64,000 nt of DNA from Bacteroidota bacterium (GCA_039026955.1 JBCCLH010000006.1:12321-76320), one strand, 5' to 3'. Numbered from the stretch's first letter, positions 39,594 through 50,375 are shown. Notes: generated from the letters alone by a model not told the origin. Numbers and translations: made by a program.

Positions 39594-40245
39594 TCATGGG
39601 ACGAATTGTGTTGGATCGTTATTCATATAACAATAGGTGGTAATTTCTGAGGTTGCACTACAATCTAGCACAGTGACATCCTGTACTTCAATTGTAAAAT
39701 TATCAATACTACTACAACCTGTACTTACATCTTCAACACGCACAAATATGAGTTGCGGATTTGTGATATTTACATAGTTTGTGACGGCTACAATAGGATT
39801 TGAGTTTCCCAATGCATCTTGAAACGATTCATAAAAAGTAACCGTAAGATTGGCATCACCATTGGTGATTTCTGGAATTTTTGTGCTAAGATCGAAAACT
39901 CCAAAATCCTGTCCATTGGTACTACTTATCACAAAATCTGTAATAGTTCCAATGACTGGAACTGGATTGAATGTTACCTGTACCGTAACAGATGATGGCG
40001 TTCCGTTAATCAAAGCAGTCGCACCATACAAACCACTTTGTGTTGCCGCTAGTGTTGCTGCCGTTTGGTTGATTAAAACTTGTCCGTTTAGTGTCCATTC
40101 ATACGAAGTGGCATTTTGTGTGGTTACATCTAAGATTACAAATTCACCTTCAAAACTTAACACATCATCTCCTAAATCTACTTGAGCAAATCCTACCGAA
40201 ATGCATGCGATAAGCATAAGAAAAGTGCAGTATATTATTTTTCAT
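39594..40245 (-). pseudogene. Frameshifted, C-terminally truncated adhesin-like (T9SS-cargo-like) remnant
   Basis: ATG at 40245 is 1 nt out of frame in an A5 run (restores MK(K)IIYCTFLMLIACISVGFA|Q); Ig-like DLGDD..YEW, VTFYES..DA, IFVRVE; stops right after TYCY.NND. Confidence 0.6.
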
Positions 40246-40298
40246 GGTATGTAACAGATTGGTTTAATATGTTAAAAGTAAGTTTTGTTGACAAATAC

Positions 40299-40543
40299 TA
40301 GTGATGCGTTAACTTTAGAATTTGGTATTTCCAAGCACTTCTCGATACGATTTTTCGTGCCTCAAAATCACTCGAAGTGACGTTTGGGTATTTTAATTCA
40401 ATAGTTTATAGAAAAATAAATTTAAAATAGCTTCTTTTTCTATAGCTAAATTAAAATCAATTCAAATCCAAAAATAAAAAAACGTCTACATCCTTTATTA
40501 AAAGAGGGATCACAATATTTTTTTTAGAGTTAACACATCACTA
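40299..40543. mobile_element. MITE-like element, family 1 copy B (TA-flanked, ~245 bp)
   Basis: Terminal inverted repeats ctagtgatgcgttaact / agttaacacatcactag (16/17); carries family A repeat at 40337..40384 (47/48 identical to the reverse complement of 36348..36395). Confidence 0.75.
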
Positions 40544-40715
40544 GCAGTTGACAAAATTCATGTTTTTTAGTCCTTTTTATTTTGAAAACGTTCTTTTTCA
40601 GGTCAATTTTAGCATTTTCACTGCGCTTATTTGGCGAATGCAACGCTTACAAACTTATTTGAAGGTTACGCCACTTTTTTGACTACTTTGGAGAAATTTA
40701 ATAGACATTTAGACA

Positions 40716-42758
40716 ATGAAGTGGCTCAATTATACCATTACGAAGCTGACAGTTTCGTTAATTTTCGGGATTCTGATCGCGTATTACAGCGCGATTTCTT
40801 GGGCCGCTAGTTGTCTTGTTTTTGGCGGATTATTTTTAGTGTTGTGTCTATTTTTTTGGATTGCCCGAAAGCAATTTATACAAACAATCTACTTTGGAAT
40901 TGTCGCTTTACTCACCATGACAAGTTTGGGAATGGTAATTGAAACTTTTCACGAAGAGAAGAATCACGCTACTCATTACAATCATGTCGATACTATTTCA
41001 GCGATACAGTTTCGCATTCATGAGGTTTTAAAATCCAATTCCTATTACGATAGATATATGGCGGAAGTTTTAGGTGTGAATGATACGGTAGCTTCTGGAA
41101 AAATTTTAGTGCACGTTCGGAAAGATAGTATTTCAGAAACACTTCCCGTAGATGCGATTTTGTATACTGTGAAGTCTCCTATTCCGATAAAAGCAGCTTT
41201 GAATCCGACTTCTTTTGATTATAAAGCTTATTTGAGCGATCGGTATATTTATAAGCAGTTGTATTTGAAATCGGGTGAATTTTTAATAACTAAAGAAGCT
41301 CCAAAAACCTTGTATGGGTATGCTGCCACACTTCGAAACACGATTCACAAACGGTTGTCGGAAGCTAATTTTCAAACAGATGCCTTGGCAGTGATTGAAG
41401 CTTTATTGTTAGGACAGCGACAACAAATTTCCAAAGAGTTGCAAACGAGTTATGCCAATGCTGGCGCCATTCATATTCTGGCAATTTCGGGACTGCATGT
41501 TGGAATTTTGTTGTTGCTTTTACAATTTCTATTACATCCATTGACTCGTGTTCGATATGGGAAATCGATGAAAGTACTATTGATTTTGGGTATTTTATGG
41601 AGTTTTGCCTTTGTGTCTGGCTTATCAGCTTCGGTGGTACGTGCTGTGACCATGTTTACTGCGATTGTAGTCGCTACACATTTTAGAAGGCAAACCAACA
41701 CTTTACAAGTCTTAACTGTTTCCATTTTTTTCTTGCTCCTTTGCAAACCGCACTTTTTGTTTGATGTAGGTTTTCAGTTGAGTTATGCTGCTGTTTTCGC
41801 TATTGTATGTTTGCAACCATTATGGAAGAAAATTTGGAATCCGAGATCTTTTTTAGGAAAATCCTTTTGGGGATTGTTGACGGTAAGTTTGTCTGCACAA
41901 CTAGGTGTATTGCCGTTGAGTTTGTATTATTTTCATCAGTTTCCTGGATTGTTTTTTGTGGCAAATTTGACAATTGTTCCCTTATTGGGAATCATTTTGG
42001 CTTTAGGAATTTTAGTGATTCTCCTTGCCTATTTTCAAATGTTACCTGAGTTTTTGAGTGTATTTTACAGCGAGATCATTCAACAGATGAATGCCTTTGT
42101 GTCTTGGATTGCTTCGCATGAACAGTTTGTTTTGACCAATATTCCGATGCGTCTTATACAAATGATCGGTTGTTATATTGTTTTGATTGCGTTTATTCAA
42201 TATTTACATCACCCCAAAAGAAAACAGTTACCGATAGCCTTGTGTAGTATTTTACTTTGTCAGATATTATGGTTTGTGGATCGTTCTCAGGAGTTTCCAA
42301 CTACGAATTCATTTGCAATCTTTCATCAATCTAAAAAGACAATTTTAGCGCAACAAGAAGGCACAACTTTACAGCTATTTCACAATTTAAAAGATTCCGC
42401 CGCAGCGAAAAATTATACCCTTCAACAGCAACAACAAAGAGATTTTATAGCGCATGTTACGCAAGATACGCTTCAGAATGTATATGCGCTTCATGAAGAT
42501 TATTTGTTACGAATTGACAGTTTGGGTATCTACCAAATTCCGCAGTTACAACCCAAATATGTATTGTTAAGCAATTCACCTAAAATAAATTTGAATCGTA
42601 TGATCAAAACTTTACAACCGCAGCAGATTATTGCTGATGGAAGTAATTATCGAAGTTATGTGGAACGTTGGAGAAAAGCTTCTGAAAAACAAAAAATCCC
42701 TTTTCACTATACAGGTGAAAAAGGATACTTTTCTATTTCTATTGCTGGAAAAAATTAG
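40716..42758 (+). CDS. comEC: ComEC/Rec2 competence family membrane protein
   Basis: AGAIHILAISGLHVG, SASVVRAVTM, DVGFQLSYAAV, HQFP. Confidence 0.92.
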   Translation: MKWLNYTITKLTVSLIFGILIAYYSAISWAASCLVFGGLFLVLCLFFWIARKQFIQTIYFGIVALLTMTSLGMVIETFHEEKNHATHYNHVDTISAIQFRIHEVLKSNSYYDRYMAEVLGVNDTVASGKILVHVRKDSISETLPVDAILYTVKSPIPIKAALNPTSFDYKAYLSDRYIYKQLYLKSGEFLITKEAPKTLYGYAATLRNTIHKRLSEANFQTDALAVIEALLLGQRQQISKELQTSYANAGAIHILAISGLHVGILLLLLQFLLHPLTRVRYGKSMKVLLILGILWSFAFVSGLSASVVRAVTMFTAIVVATHFRRQTNTLQVLTVSIFFLLLCKPHFLFDVGFQLSYAAVFAIVCLQPLWKKIWNPRSFLGKSFWGLLTVSLSAQLGVLPLSLYYFHQFPGLFFVANLTIVPLLGIILALGILVILLAYFQMLPEFLSVFYSEIIQQMNAFVSWIASHEQFVLTNIPMRLIQMIGCYIVLIAFIQYLHHPKRKQLPIALCSILLCQILWFVDRSQEFPTTNSFAIFHQSKKTILAQQEGTTLQLFHNLKDSAAAKNYTLQQQQQRDFIAHVTQDTLQNVYALHEDYLLRIDSLGIYQIPQLQPKYVLLSNSPKINLNRMIKTLQPQQIIADGSNYRSYVERWRKASEKQKIPFHYTGEKGYFSISIAGKN

Positions 42759-42772
42759 CTTTTAAATATCGT

Positions 42773-42891
42773 TGTCAGTTCGAGCATTATCGTAGATACG
42801 GAGCGTAGCTAATGAGAACACTATAAAAGTTAAAACTTCAATTGAATCTCGTGAGCTTTACTCGGTGCTTTCAGCAATGCTCAATTTGACA
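42773..42891. repeat. Inverted pair of REP-like family B copies
   Basis: tgtcagttcgagcatt... (42773-42819) facing ...aatgctcaatttgaca (42845-42891), between convergent genes. Confidence 0.75.
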
Positions 42892-42932
42892 TTTGTCTCA
42901 AGTCAAAAAAATACAATTATTTCTGAATACAC

Positions 42933-43481
42933 TTAACTCTTAAACTCACTTACGAATTCTTTTTGGTATTTTTCCCAGTCTTCTTTGGTGTTTACTTCTT
43001 TGTATTTATTCGTTTTGAAAAGTTTCAAATAGATTTCAATTTGTTTTGGCAATAGATATCCTGAGATTGGCGCAATAAGATTGAATTCTTCATCAAAGAA
43101 CACCATCGTTGGATACGCACGTACGCTTAGATATCTTGCAAACTGATGTTGTGCGTTTCGACGCTTCTTTTTTGCTGGATCGTAATTTGGATTTGTATAC
43201 GTATTCCCTTGAAATTCTACACTTGAGTCGCCTTCTGCATTGAATTTGATTGCATAGTAGTTTTCATTGATATACTTCGCTACATCCGCGTTTCCAAAGG
43301 TATTTTTATCTAACATTTTACACGGTCCGCACCAAACCGTATAGACATCCATGATGACTTTTCGCGGTTCCTTTTTCATAAGTTCTTGTGCTTCTTCAAT
43401 AGAAACCCAATTGATTTTCTGTGCTTGCATGGTCGTGACACTTACCAAAAGTACACTTATAAGAAGAATGATTTTTTTCAT
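42933..43481 (-). CDS. Secreted thioredoxin-fold protein (SoxW/DUF255-like)
   Basis: Signal peptide, YTVWCGPCKML, RAYPT. Confidence 0.88.
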   Translation of the reverse strand: MKKIILLISVLLVSVTTMQAQKINWVSIEEAQELMKKEPRKVIMDVYTVWCGPCKMLDKNTFGNADVAKYINENYYAIKFNAEGDSSVEFQGNTYTNPNYDPAKKKRRNAQHQFARYLSVRAYPTMVFFDEEFNLIAPISGYLLPKQIEIYLKLFKTNKYKEVNTKEDWEKYQKEFVSEFKS

Positions 43482-43561
43482 GTTTTAAGATTTTATAAAA
43501 GCTCTGTCGCAAACGCTGTGCCGAGTTTACGCACAAGGTACAATTTGCCGCCGATATATTA

Positions 43562-43593
43562 AAAAAAGCGTTCCTAAAAGAGAACGCTTTTTT
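43562..43593. terminator. Bidirectional intrinsic terminator
   Basis: aaaaaagcgttc/gaacgctttttt stem with A and T tracts on either side. Confidence 0.8.
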
Positions 43594-43619
43594 GTGATTT
43601 TTATATATTTTGCAGGTTA

Positions 43620-45827
43620 TTATTTGACACCATGCATGAGTTTTTTAACAAATGGCGTCGTTACCCAAGCTAAGAGACTTAAAATAACGGCAACTCCTGT
43701 AAGATACCAAAAGAATGTACTCACGCCTTTTTCCTTGGCGATTCCTTCTGACATTTCTCCGAAGATTCCTGCCATTTTCATTCCGATCGCTACGGCAATA
43801 TACCAGAGTCCGAACATCATGGCAATCATTCGTCCAGGCACCAATTTACTTACATAGGATAGTGCCACTGGTGAGACGCAAAGTTCACCCATCGTATGGA
43901 ACAGATAGACAAACACTAAGATAAACATGCTTGTACTTGCAGAATCCTGTCCTGGTGCAATCCCTGCCGAACCAATCGCTACGACTAACATTCCCAAACC
44001 TAATAACGCCATTCCAATTGCGTATTTTCCGTTGGCATTTGGATTGTATTTACTTTCCCACCATCTTGAAAATAATGGCGCTAAAGCAATGATAAAGAGT
44101 GAGTTTAAGATGTTAAACCAAGTTGCACCAATTTCAACGGCACTTTCTTTGGCTTTTACTGTTGCTGTTGCTTGCTTTTTATCTTGGTTGTCAAATTTGA
44201 TAGCGTGTTTGATGAATATTTGTTTGGAATCGCCTACTTTCAATTCTTTGTTATCGCCTGAAAGTTTTACTTCTTTCGTCACAGTTCTACCTGCTGCGTT
44301 TGTAAATGCGAACATTCCGAAGGTATTTTGGATTCCGGCTCCGATTTTGTCTCTTTTGACTAATTCCGTGATTTTTCCAGTGAAGATTTCACCTTGTTCT
44401 TTATCTTTTTCGTTGAATAGATAATTTCCTTTGATGGTGTTTTTTGCATTTTCTTCAGCATCGGCATCATAAATAGAAATAGTTTCATTGTCCAGAATAG
44501 GCATTTGTTCGCCTTCTTTGAATTCTACGTAGGTGACAATTTTTTCGGTTTTTGTATTGTCGTTATTATCTACATATGCTATCACATACGAAGCAGATTT
44601 GTAATCGTTATACACTTTCATTACCGCCAATCCCCAAATGATGACAAAACTTAGTGCAAGAATGATATTCGCCAATGCATATTTTTGAAATGTTTTTTGG
44701 AATAGTTTGATTAATACATAGGTAATAATTGCCAAAGGAATGATAGTGATCAATGCGTCGACCACTTTAAAGATATCGCCTGACAATCCTTCTAAGACAC
44801 GTTGCGTGTAATCTCTTGCATATAGATTCAAGGAACCTGGCGCTTGCTCAAATAGTGCCCAGAAAAACATTGTAATGAATGCAAAGAATACAATCGCCAA
44901 CATTCGATCTCTTACAATCGGAATGTATTTTGGAATTCGTATCGCAAGTAAGACAATAAATAAGACCAATGCTAAGATGATGATCACATTATTCCCATCT
45001 AATCCAAAAAGATCAAAACTGTAAATATTGTATTCGCCTTCTGTAATTTTGGAGATCGGTTCGTTCAGAATCCATGTTAATCCTAGAATCACGCAAAGTA
45101 CAATGATTACTTGCTGCACTTTTGTAAACGGATTTTTTGGTCCACCATTTTCATCCGAGTATTTATCAACATCAGCTACTGTTTCTTTTTTAGGCTTTAA
45201 TCCAATGTCTCCAAATATGTTTTGTGAGAACCAGAATTGCAACAATCCAAATAACATAAAGATTCCTGCCACTCCGAAACCGTAACTCCAACCTACTTTT
45301 TCACCTAAGTATCCGCAGATCATGATTCCGAAGAATGCACCTGCGTTTACACCCATATAGAAAATAGTATAAGCACCATCTTTCTTTTCGGGTTTGCCTT
45401 TATACATTTCGGAAATGATAGAGGTCATATTCGGCTTAAAGAATCCGCTACCAAAGACCAATAAGGTCAATCCTAAGTATATGAAAAAAGGCGTTTCTAA
45501 AGCCATCGCCCCGTGACCTAAGGTCATCAGCAAAGCTCCAATGACAACTGCCCAGCGAAATCCTATGACTTTATCTGCAAAGTATCCTCCCACCATCGTG
45601 GATAAGTATACCAAAGAGGCATAGGTTCCAAAAATGGCGAGTGCATGCTCTTTTGGCCAGCCCCAACCTTGATCTAAGACAGAAGCCGTGAAGAAAAATA
45701 CCAGCAATACGCGCATTCCGTAATAAGAGAAACGCTCCCACATTTCCGTGAAGAATAATACAAACAATCCCGCAGGATGTCCCATTACTTTTGTATCAAA
45801 AAAGCTTTCATTTGATGATGTACTCAT
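43620..45827 (-). CDS. POT/PTR family proton-coupled peptide transporter with a large soluble insertion
   Basis: EMWERFSYYGMR, FFKPN, FYMGVNAG, GELCVSP; 735 aa. Confidence 0.93.
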   Translation of the reverse strand: MSTSSNESFFDTKVMGHPAGLFVLFFTEMWERFSYYGMRVLLVFFFTASVLDQGWGWPKEHALAIFGTYASLVYLSTMVGGYFADKVIGFRWAVVIGALLMTLGHGAMALETPFFIYLGLTLLVFGSGFFKPNMTSIISEMYKGKPEKKDGAYTIFYMGVNAGAFFGIMICGYLGEKVGWSYGFGVAGIFMLFGLLQFWFSQNIFGDIGLKPKKETVADVDKYSDENGGPKNPFTKVQQVIIVLCVILGLTWILNEPISKITEGEYNIYSFDLFGLDGNNVIIILALVLFIVLLAIRIPKYIPIVRDRMLAIVFFAFITMFFWALFEQAPGSLNLYARDYTQRVLEGLSGDIFKVVDALITIIPLAIITYVLIKLFQKTFQKYALANIILALSFVIIWGLAVMKVYNDYKSASYVIAYVDNNDNTKTEKIVTYVEFKEGEQMPILDNETISIYDADAEENAKNTIKGNYLFNEKDKEQGEIFTGKITELVKRDKIGAGIQNTFGMFAFTNAAGRTVTKEVKLSGDNKELKVGDSKQIFIKHAIKFDNQDKKQATATVKAKESAVEIGATWFNILNSLFIIALAPLFSRWWESKYNPNANGKYAIGMALLGLGMLVVAIGSAGIAPGQDSASTSMFILVFVYLFHTMGELCVSPVALSYVSKLVPGRMIAMMFGLWYIAVAIGMKMAGIFGEMSEGIAKEKGVSTFFWYLTGVAVILSLLAWVTTPFVKKLMHGVK

Positions 45828-45854
45828 GGTGTAAAATTTAAGTTGAACAAGGAA

Positions 45855-47735
45855 TTAACTTTGACCGTCTGCCAATTCGAAACCTTCTGCTTCTTCGTTG
45901 AATGTTCCTTCGTTGTCTTCGGCTCCGTGTGTCAACTTCTTCAATTTCTTTAAGAATATAATCAACAATAATCCAAATGCTACGGTGAAGATTACCAAGA
46001 ATGAGAAAATTTTATATTCTTGCTCGCTTTGCGCTTCTTCCACTACAAACGAAACTCCGTAATCTTTTCCGTCACCTTTGTTTTTTGTAATTTGTGCTTT
46101 GTCTTTGTCTTTTTCAAAAGCTAGTTTTGCATGGTATGGATTTTCCTGTGTCGCACCATTTTCTTTTAGATAGGCTTTTAAGTTTGCTAATGCTTCTTCT
46201 TTTTTCTTTTTCGCTTCTGCGATTTCGTTTGCTTCTTTTCCTTCTTCAGCTACTTTCGTCAGATCGAATAAACTGCTAATATCACTTCCTTTTTCGTGTT
46301 CCGTAAATACTACGTTATCACCATTTAAATATATTTTCGATTTGATAGAGAAGTTTTTGTCTTCATTGATTGGATAGGCAAATACTTTTTCAATCTTTTT
46401 CTCGCCATTCACTAATTTCTTTACTTTGATTGTATCTTTTTCAGTGTAATTGTAGATTTCTTCAATCGAAGCGATCATGCTTCCACTATACGATTCTAGC
46501 TGTGCTGCTTCTCCAATACTTCCTGCCAATTTGTTTCCAAAACCTGTCGCTGCAAAGTAAATTCCCATCATGATGGATGCGTATTTTACTGGTGCCAATT
46601 TGGTGATGAATGATAACGATACTGGCGATGTACATAATTCTCCAATCGTGTGAAATAAGTATGCTAAGAAGATCCAAATCATTGCTGCTTTACCAAATGC
46701 TTCTGCACTAGCTTCTTGCGATGCAAACATCATAAACACATATCCTAATCCCATGATAATGGTTCCGATTGCCATTTTAAATAATGACGATGATTCTTTT
46801 CCTTTTCGTTTCCACCACATCCAGAAACCGCCAATCACCGTTCCGAAGATGATGATGTATCCTGCATTTAACGACTGGAATACAGCAGCTGGAATTTCTT
46901 CTAACCACGATAAGCCGATAGTTCTGTCAACTTTTGCATCTGTATATAAATTCATGAGTCCTCCAGCTTGCTCAAATGCGCCCCAGAATACCACTACGAT
47001 TAAGAATGAAATTAATAATACAATCACTCTGTCTTTTTCAACTTTTGTCAATGGCTTTTTCATCACTGCTGGATCAACTCCAGAATCAGAAGCTCCGATA
47101 AAGTTTCCTACATGTGTTAAATGTTTTTGACCTGCAATGAAAACGGCTTGTCCAATTAACATCCCGATTCCTGCCAATCCGAATCCGTAATGCCATCCGT
47201 ATTTATAGGCAACCAATCCAACGATGATACTCGATAAGAACGCTCCGATATTAATTCCGATGTAGAAAATGGTAAATCCACTATCACGGCGAATGTCTCC
47301 TTCCCTATACAGTCCACCTACCATGGTTGAGATGTTCGGTTTTAATCCTCCAACACCTAAAATAATTAACAATAATCCTGTAAAGAATGCCCATTCTGTA
47401 GGAATTGCTAAGACTAAGTGTCCTGCACAGAGTAAAAATCCTCCGAGCATTACCGTTTTCTTTTGTCCTAAGAATTTATCGGCAATATATCCTCCTGGAA
47501 TCGATGCTACGTATACCAACATCGTGTACCATCCGTAGAGCCAAATTGCATCTCCATTGCTCCAGCCCAATCCAGGATCTACAGCCGTAGCAGAAGTTGC
47601 TACATATAATACTAATAAAGCTCTCATTCCGTAGTATGAGAAACGTTCCCATAATTCGGTAAAGAATAGAACGTACAGTCCAATTGGATGTCCAAAGATT
47701 TCCTTTTCCTTGGCGTGTGTTGCAGAGTTTGTCAT
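45855..47735 (-). CDS. POT/PTR family peptide transporter with a soluble insertion before the last TM
   Basis: ELWERFSYYGMR, LKPN, FYIGINIG, FEQAGG, GELCTSP; 626 aa. Confidence 0.93.
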   Translation of the reverse strand: MTNSATHAKEKEIFGHPIGLYVLFFTELWERFSYYGMRALLVLYVATSATAVDPGLGWSNGDAIWLYGWYTMLVYVASIPGGYIADKFLGQKKTVMLGGFLLCAGHLVLAIPTEWAFFTGLLLIILGVGGLKPNISTMVGGLYREGDIRRDSGFTIFYIGINIGAFLSSIIVGLVAYKYGWHYGFGLAGIGMLIGQAVFIAGQKHLTHVGNFIGASDSGVDPAVMKKPLTKVEKDRVIVLLISFLIVVVFWGAFEQAGGLMNLYTDAKVDRTIGLSWLEEIPAAVFQSLNAGYIIIFGTVIGGFWMWWKRKGKESSSLFKMAIGTIIMGLGYVFMMFASQEASAEAFGKAAMIWIFLAYLFHTIGELCTSPVSLSFITKLAPVKYASIMMGIYFAATGFGNKLAGSIGEAAQLESYSGSMIASIEEIYNYTEKDTIKVKKLVNGEKKIEKVFAYPINEDKNFSIKSKIYLNGDNVVFTEHEKGSDISSLFDLTKVAEEGKEANEIAEAKKKKEEALANLKAYLKENGATQENPYHAKLAFEKDKDKAQITKNKGDGKDYGVSFVVEEAQSEQEYKIFSFLVIFTVAFGLLLIIFLKKLKKLTHGAEDNEGTFNEEAEGFELADGQS

Positions 47736-47780
47736 TATAATTAAATGTTAGGATTAGTGTAATTGTGATTTAAGGTTTGT

Positions 47781-49955
47781 TTATTTTAACAAAGTATCTT
47801 CCACGAACTTTGTCATTTTTGTATAGAGGTGTAAGCGTGTGTAACCGCCGTATATTCCGTGATTTTTGTCTGGATAAATCATCCAATCAAATTGTTTGTT
47901 TGCGTTGATTAATGCTGTAATCATGCGCATGGTGTTTTGTACATGCACATTGTCGTCGCCTGTTCCGTGAATTAGTAAGTAATCTCCTTTTAGTTTGTCT
48001 ACGTGATTGATTGGTGAGTTGTCATCGTAGCCACTTGCGTTTTCTTGTGGTGTTTGCATGTAACGTTCTGTGTAAATTGTATCGTAAAAACGCCAGCTTG
48101 TCACAGGCGCCACCGCAATTGCCATACTAAAGACATCGTTTCCTTTTAAGATACAGTTGCTCGACATGAATCCGCCGTAGCTCCATCCCCAAATTCCGAT
48201 ACGATCTTTGTCTACATACGAACGTTTTCCTAATTCTATTGCTGCGTCAATTTGATCTTCAACTTCAAACTTTCCTAATTCTTTGTAGGTTACTTTTTTG
48301 AAGTTTGCTCCTTTAAATCCAGTTCCGCGTCCGTCTACGCATACCACAATGATTCCTTTTTGTGCTAAGAGTTGATACCAATAATCATTGGCGCCATTCC
48401 ATCTATTAGCAACTTGCTGCGAACCTGGACCTGAGTATTGATACATAAATACAGGATATTTTTTAGATGCATCAAAGTTGGCAGGTTTTACCATCCAAGC
48501 GTTTAACTCGTGTCCTTTAGCTGTTGTCAACGTAAAGAATTCTTTTGGGGACATTGTGTAGCTTGCTAACTTGCTTTTTACACTGTTGTTGTTTTTGATT
48601 TCTTTTTCTAGATCACCATTTTTCGCTAAGTGTAACGAATATTCTGGTGGCGTCGTAGCGCTTGAAAATGTATTGATGTAATACGTGAAGTTTGCACTGA
48701 ATTTAGCGCTATTCGTTCCGTCTTTCGTGGAGAGTCTTTTCTTTTTCTTTCCGTTAATTTTGATGGAATAGATATCGCGATTGATTGAACCATTTTCTAC
48801 TGATTGATAAAACACACGATCTGACTTTTCATCATAGCCATAATAATTGGTCACTTCCCAAGGTCCTTTAGTTACTTGGTTGATTAAGGTTCCGTCTTTT
48901 TTGTAGTGATAGATATGATTGAATCCATCTTTTTCGCTGGTCCAAATAAAACTGTTGTCTTCTAAAAACGTTAAGTTGTCAGTGATATCTACGTAGGCTT
49001 TGTCTGTTTCTTTTAAAACTACAGTAGATTTGTTGTCAGCAGCATTGTACATAATCAAGTCCAATTCATTTTGATGTCTGTTGATCACTTGTACGCTCAA
49101 TACCACAGGATCGTTTGTCCATTTGATTCGTGGAATGTAGAAATCTGTGTAGTTTCCTAAATTGATATCGGTTGTTTTATTAGTTTTCAAACTGTACAAA
49201 TGCAAAGAAACTTCTGCATTTTTCTCTCCTGCTTTTGGATATTTGAATTCGTGTTGTTGTGGATATAATTCGCCACCATACACATCCATAGAAAACTCTG
49301 GAACGTCTGTTTCATCAAAACGAATGAAGGCAATATGATCGCTGGCAGCATTCCACTGAAACGCACGTACAAAGCTAAATTCTTCTTCGTATACCCAATC
49401 TGTCACACCGTTAATGATTTTATTTTGCACACCATCTGTTGTGATTTGTGTGGTTTCTCCTGAAGTCAAATCTTTTACATAGATATTATTTTCAAACACA
49501 TACGCAACTTTGCTAGCATCCGGAGAAAAAGTAGGTTCTTGAATTTTACGATTTGCAACTCTTACCACTTGTTTGGAAGCAATGTCATACACATAGTAAA
49601 CTCCCAATCGCGATCTTCTAAATACAGGTTCTACTTTAGTTGCTAAAATCAACTTGCTCTCATCAGCACTAAATTCATATGAAGAGAAACGCCCAACTTC
49701 TGGAAGATCGCTTGCTTTTAAAATGGTTTCTACTTTTTCAAGCGTTTTATAATCGTATTTGTCAACTGTACCTGCGCGTCTGTTAAATACCGTGTATTGC
49801 TGTCCGTTATTCATGGAATGCAACACATCCATTCCGCTGGTTCTAAAAGCGCCAGTCCATATTTCTTCTAGGGTAATTTCTTTCTCTTGTGCTAGTGTCA
49901 GGTTGGCTATTCCTAAAAACAAAAAAAGAAAAACATATTTTATTTTCATTCGCAT
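47781..49955 (-). CDS. Dipeptidyl peptidase IV (S9B), secreted
   Basis: DWVYEEE, GWSYGG, DDNVH, DKNHGI; start may be 49949. Confidence 0.95.
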   Translation of the reverse strand: MRMKIKYVFLFLFLGIANLTLAQEKEITLEEIWTGAFRTSGMDVLHSMNNGQQYTVFNRRAGTVDKYDYKTLEKVETILKASDLPEVGRFSSYEFSADESKLILATKVEPVFRRSRLGVYYVYDIASKQVVRVANRKIQEPTFSPDASKVAYVFENNIYVKDLTSGETTQITTDGVQNKIINGVTDWVYEEEFSFVRAFQWNAASDHIAFIRFDETDVPEFSMDVYGGELYPQQHEFKYPKAGEKNAEVSLHLYSLKTNKTTDINLGNYTDFYIPRIKWTNDPVVLSVQVINRHQNELDLIMYNAADNKSTVVLKETDKAYVDITDNLTFLEDNSFIWTSEKDGFNHIYHYKKDGTLINQVTKGPWEVTNYYGYDEKSDRVFYQSVENGSINRDIYSIKINGKKKKRLSTKDGTNSAKFSANFTYYINTFSSATTPPEYSLHLAKNGDLEKEIKNNNSVKSKLASYTMSPKEFFTLTTAKGHELNAWMVKPANFDASKKYPVFMYQYSGPGSQQVANRWNGANDYWYQLLAQKGIIVVCVDGRGTGFKGANFKKVTYKELGKFEVEDQIDAAIELGKRSYVDKDRIGIWGWSYGGFMSSNCILKGNDVFSMAIAVAPVTSWRFYDTIYTERYMQTPQENASGYDDNSPINHVDKLKGDYLLIHGTGDDNVHVQNTMRMITALINANKQFDWMIYPDKNHGIYGGYTRLHLYTKMTKFVEDTLLK

Positions 49956-50001
49956 TGCGTTTTTTTAAGTAAGCGTGTTAAATGCTTGTGGGTTTGAGTC
50001 A

Positions 50002-50160
50002 TACCAACTTTATTCTATAATACAACATATAAGCTCGTTCATTTGGCATCCTAGTTTCTTGCGAAATTTTCCGTAGCTAAGGCTATGCAAAACATTCACA
50101 GCGTCCTAGGCTACCAAAGCAACTTCGCTTCTAAAGTCGCATTATAGAACAAATTTGGTA
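50002..50160. mobile_element. MITE-like long palindromic element, family 2 (TA-flanked)
   Basis: 26-bp terminal inverted repeats ataccaactttattctataatacaac / gtcgcattatagaacaaatttggtat (22/26), plus inner IR 13/17 and central gtagc/gctat hairpin. Confidence 0.7.
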
Positions 50161-50375
50161 TCATTTTAAATTATAAAGCTGACAATATACAAATATCAAG
50201 CAAGTACCACAAAAATCAAACCTTAAATTATAAAGCATACAAAAGACGATTCTTACAACACTTTTTTATGAATTTTTGGGTAATTTTTCACTTTTAGCTG
50301 CATTTTGAGTCAATTATGATATTTTCTGTCCATTTTTTAATGCTTTTTGATTGAATTTGTTATTTCTTCATTCCG

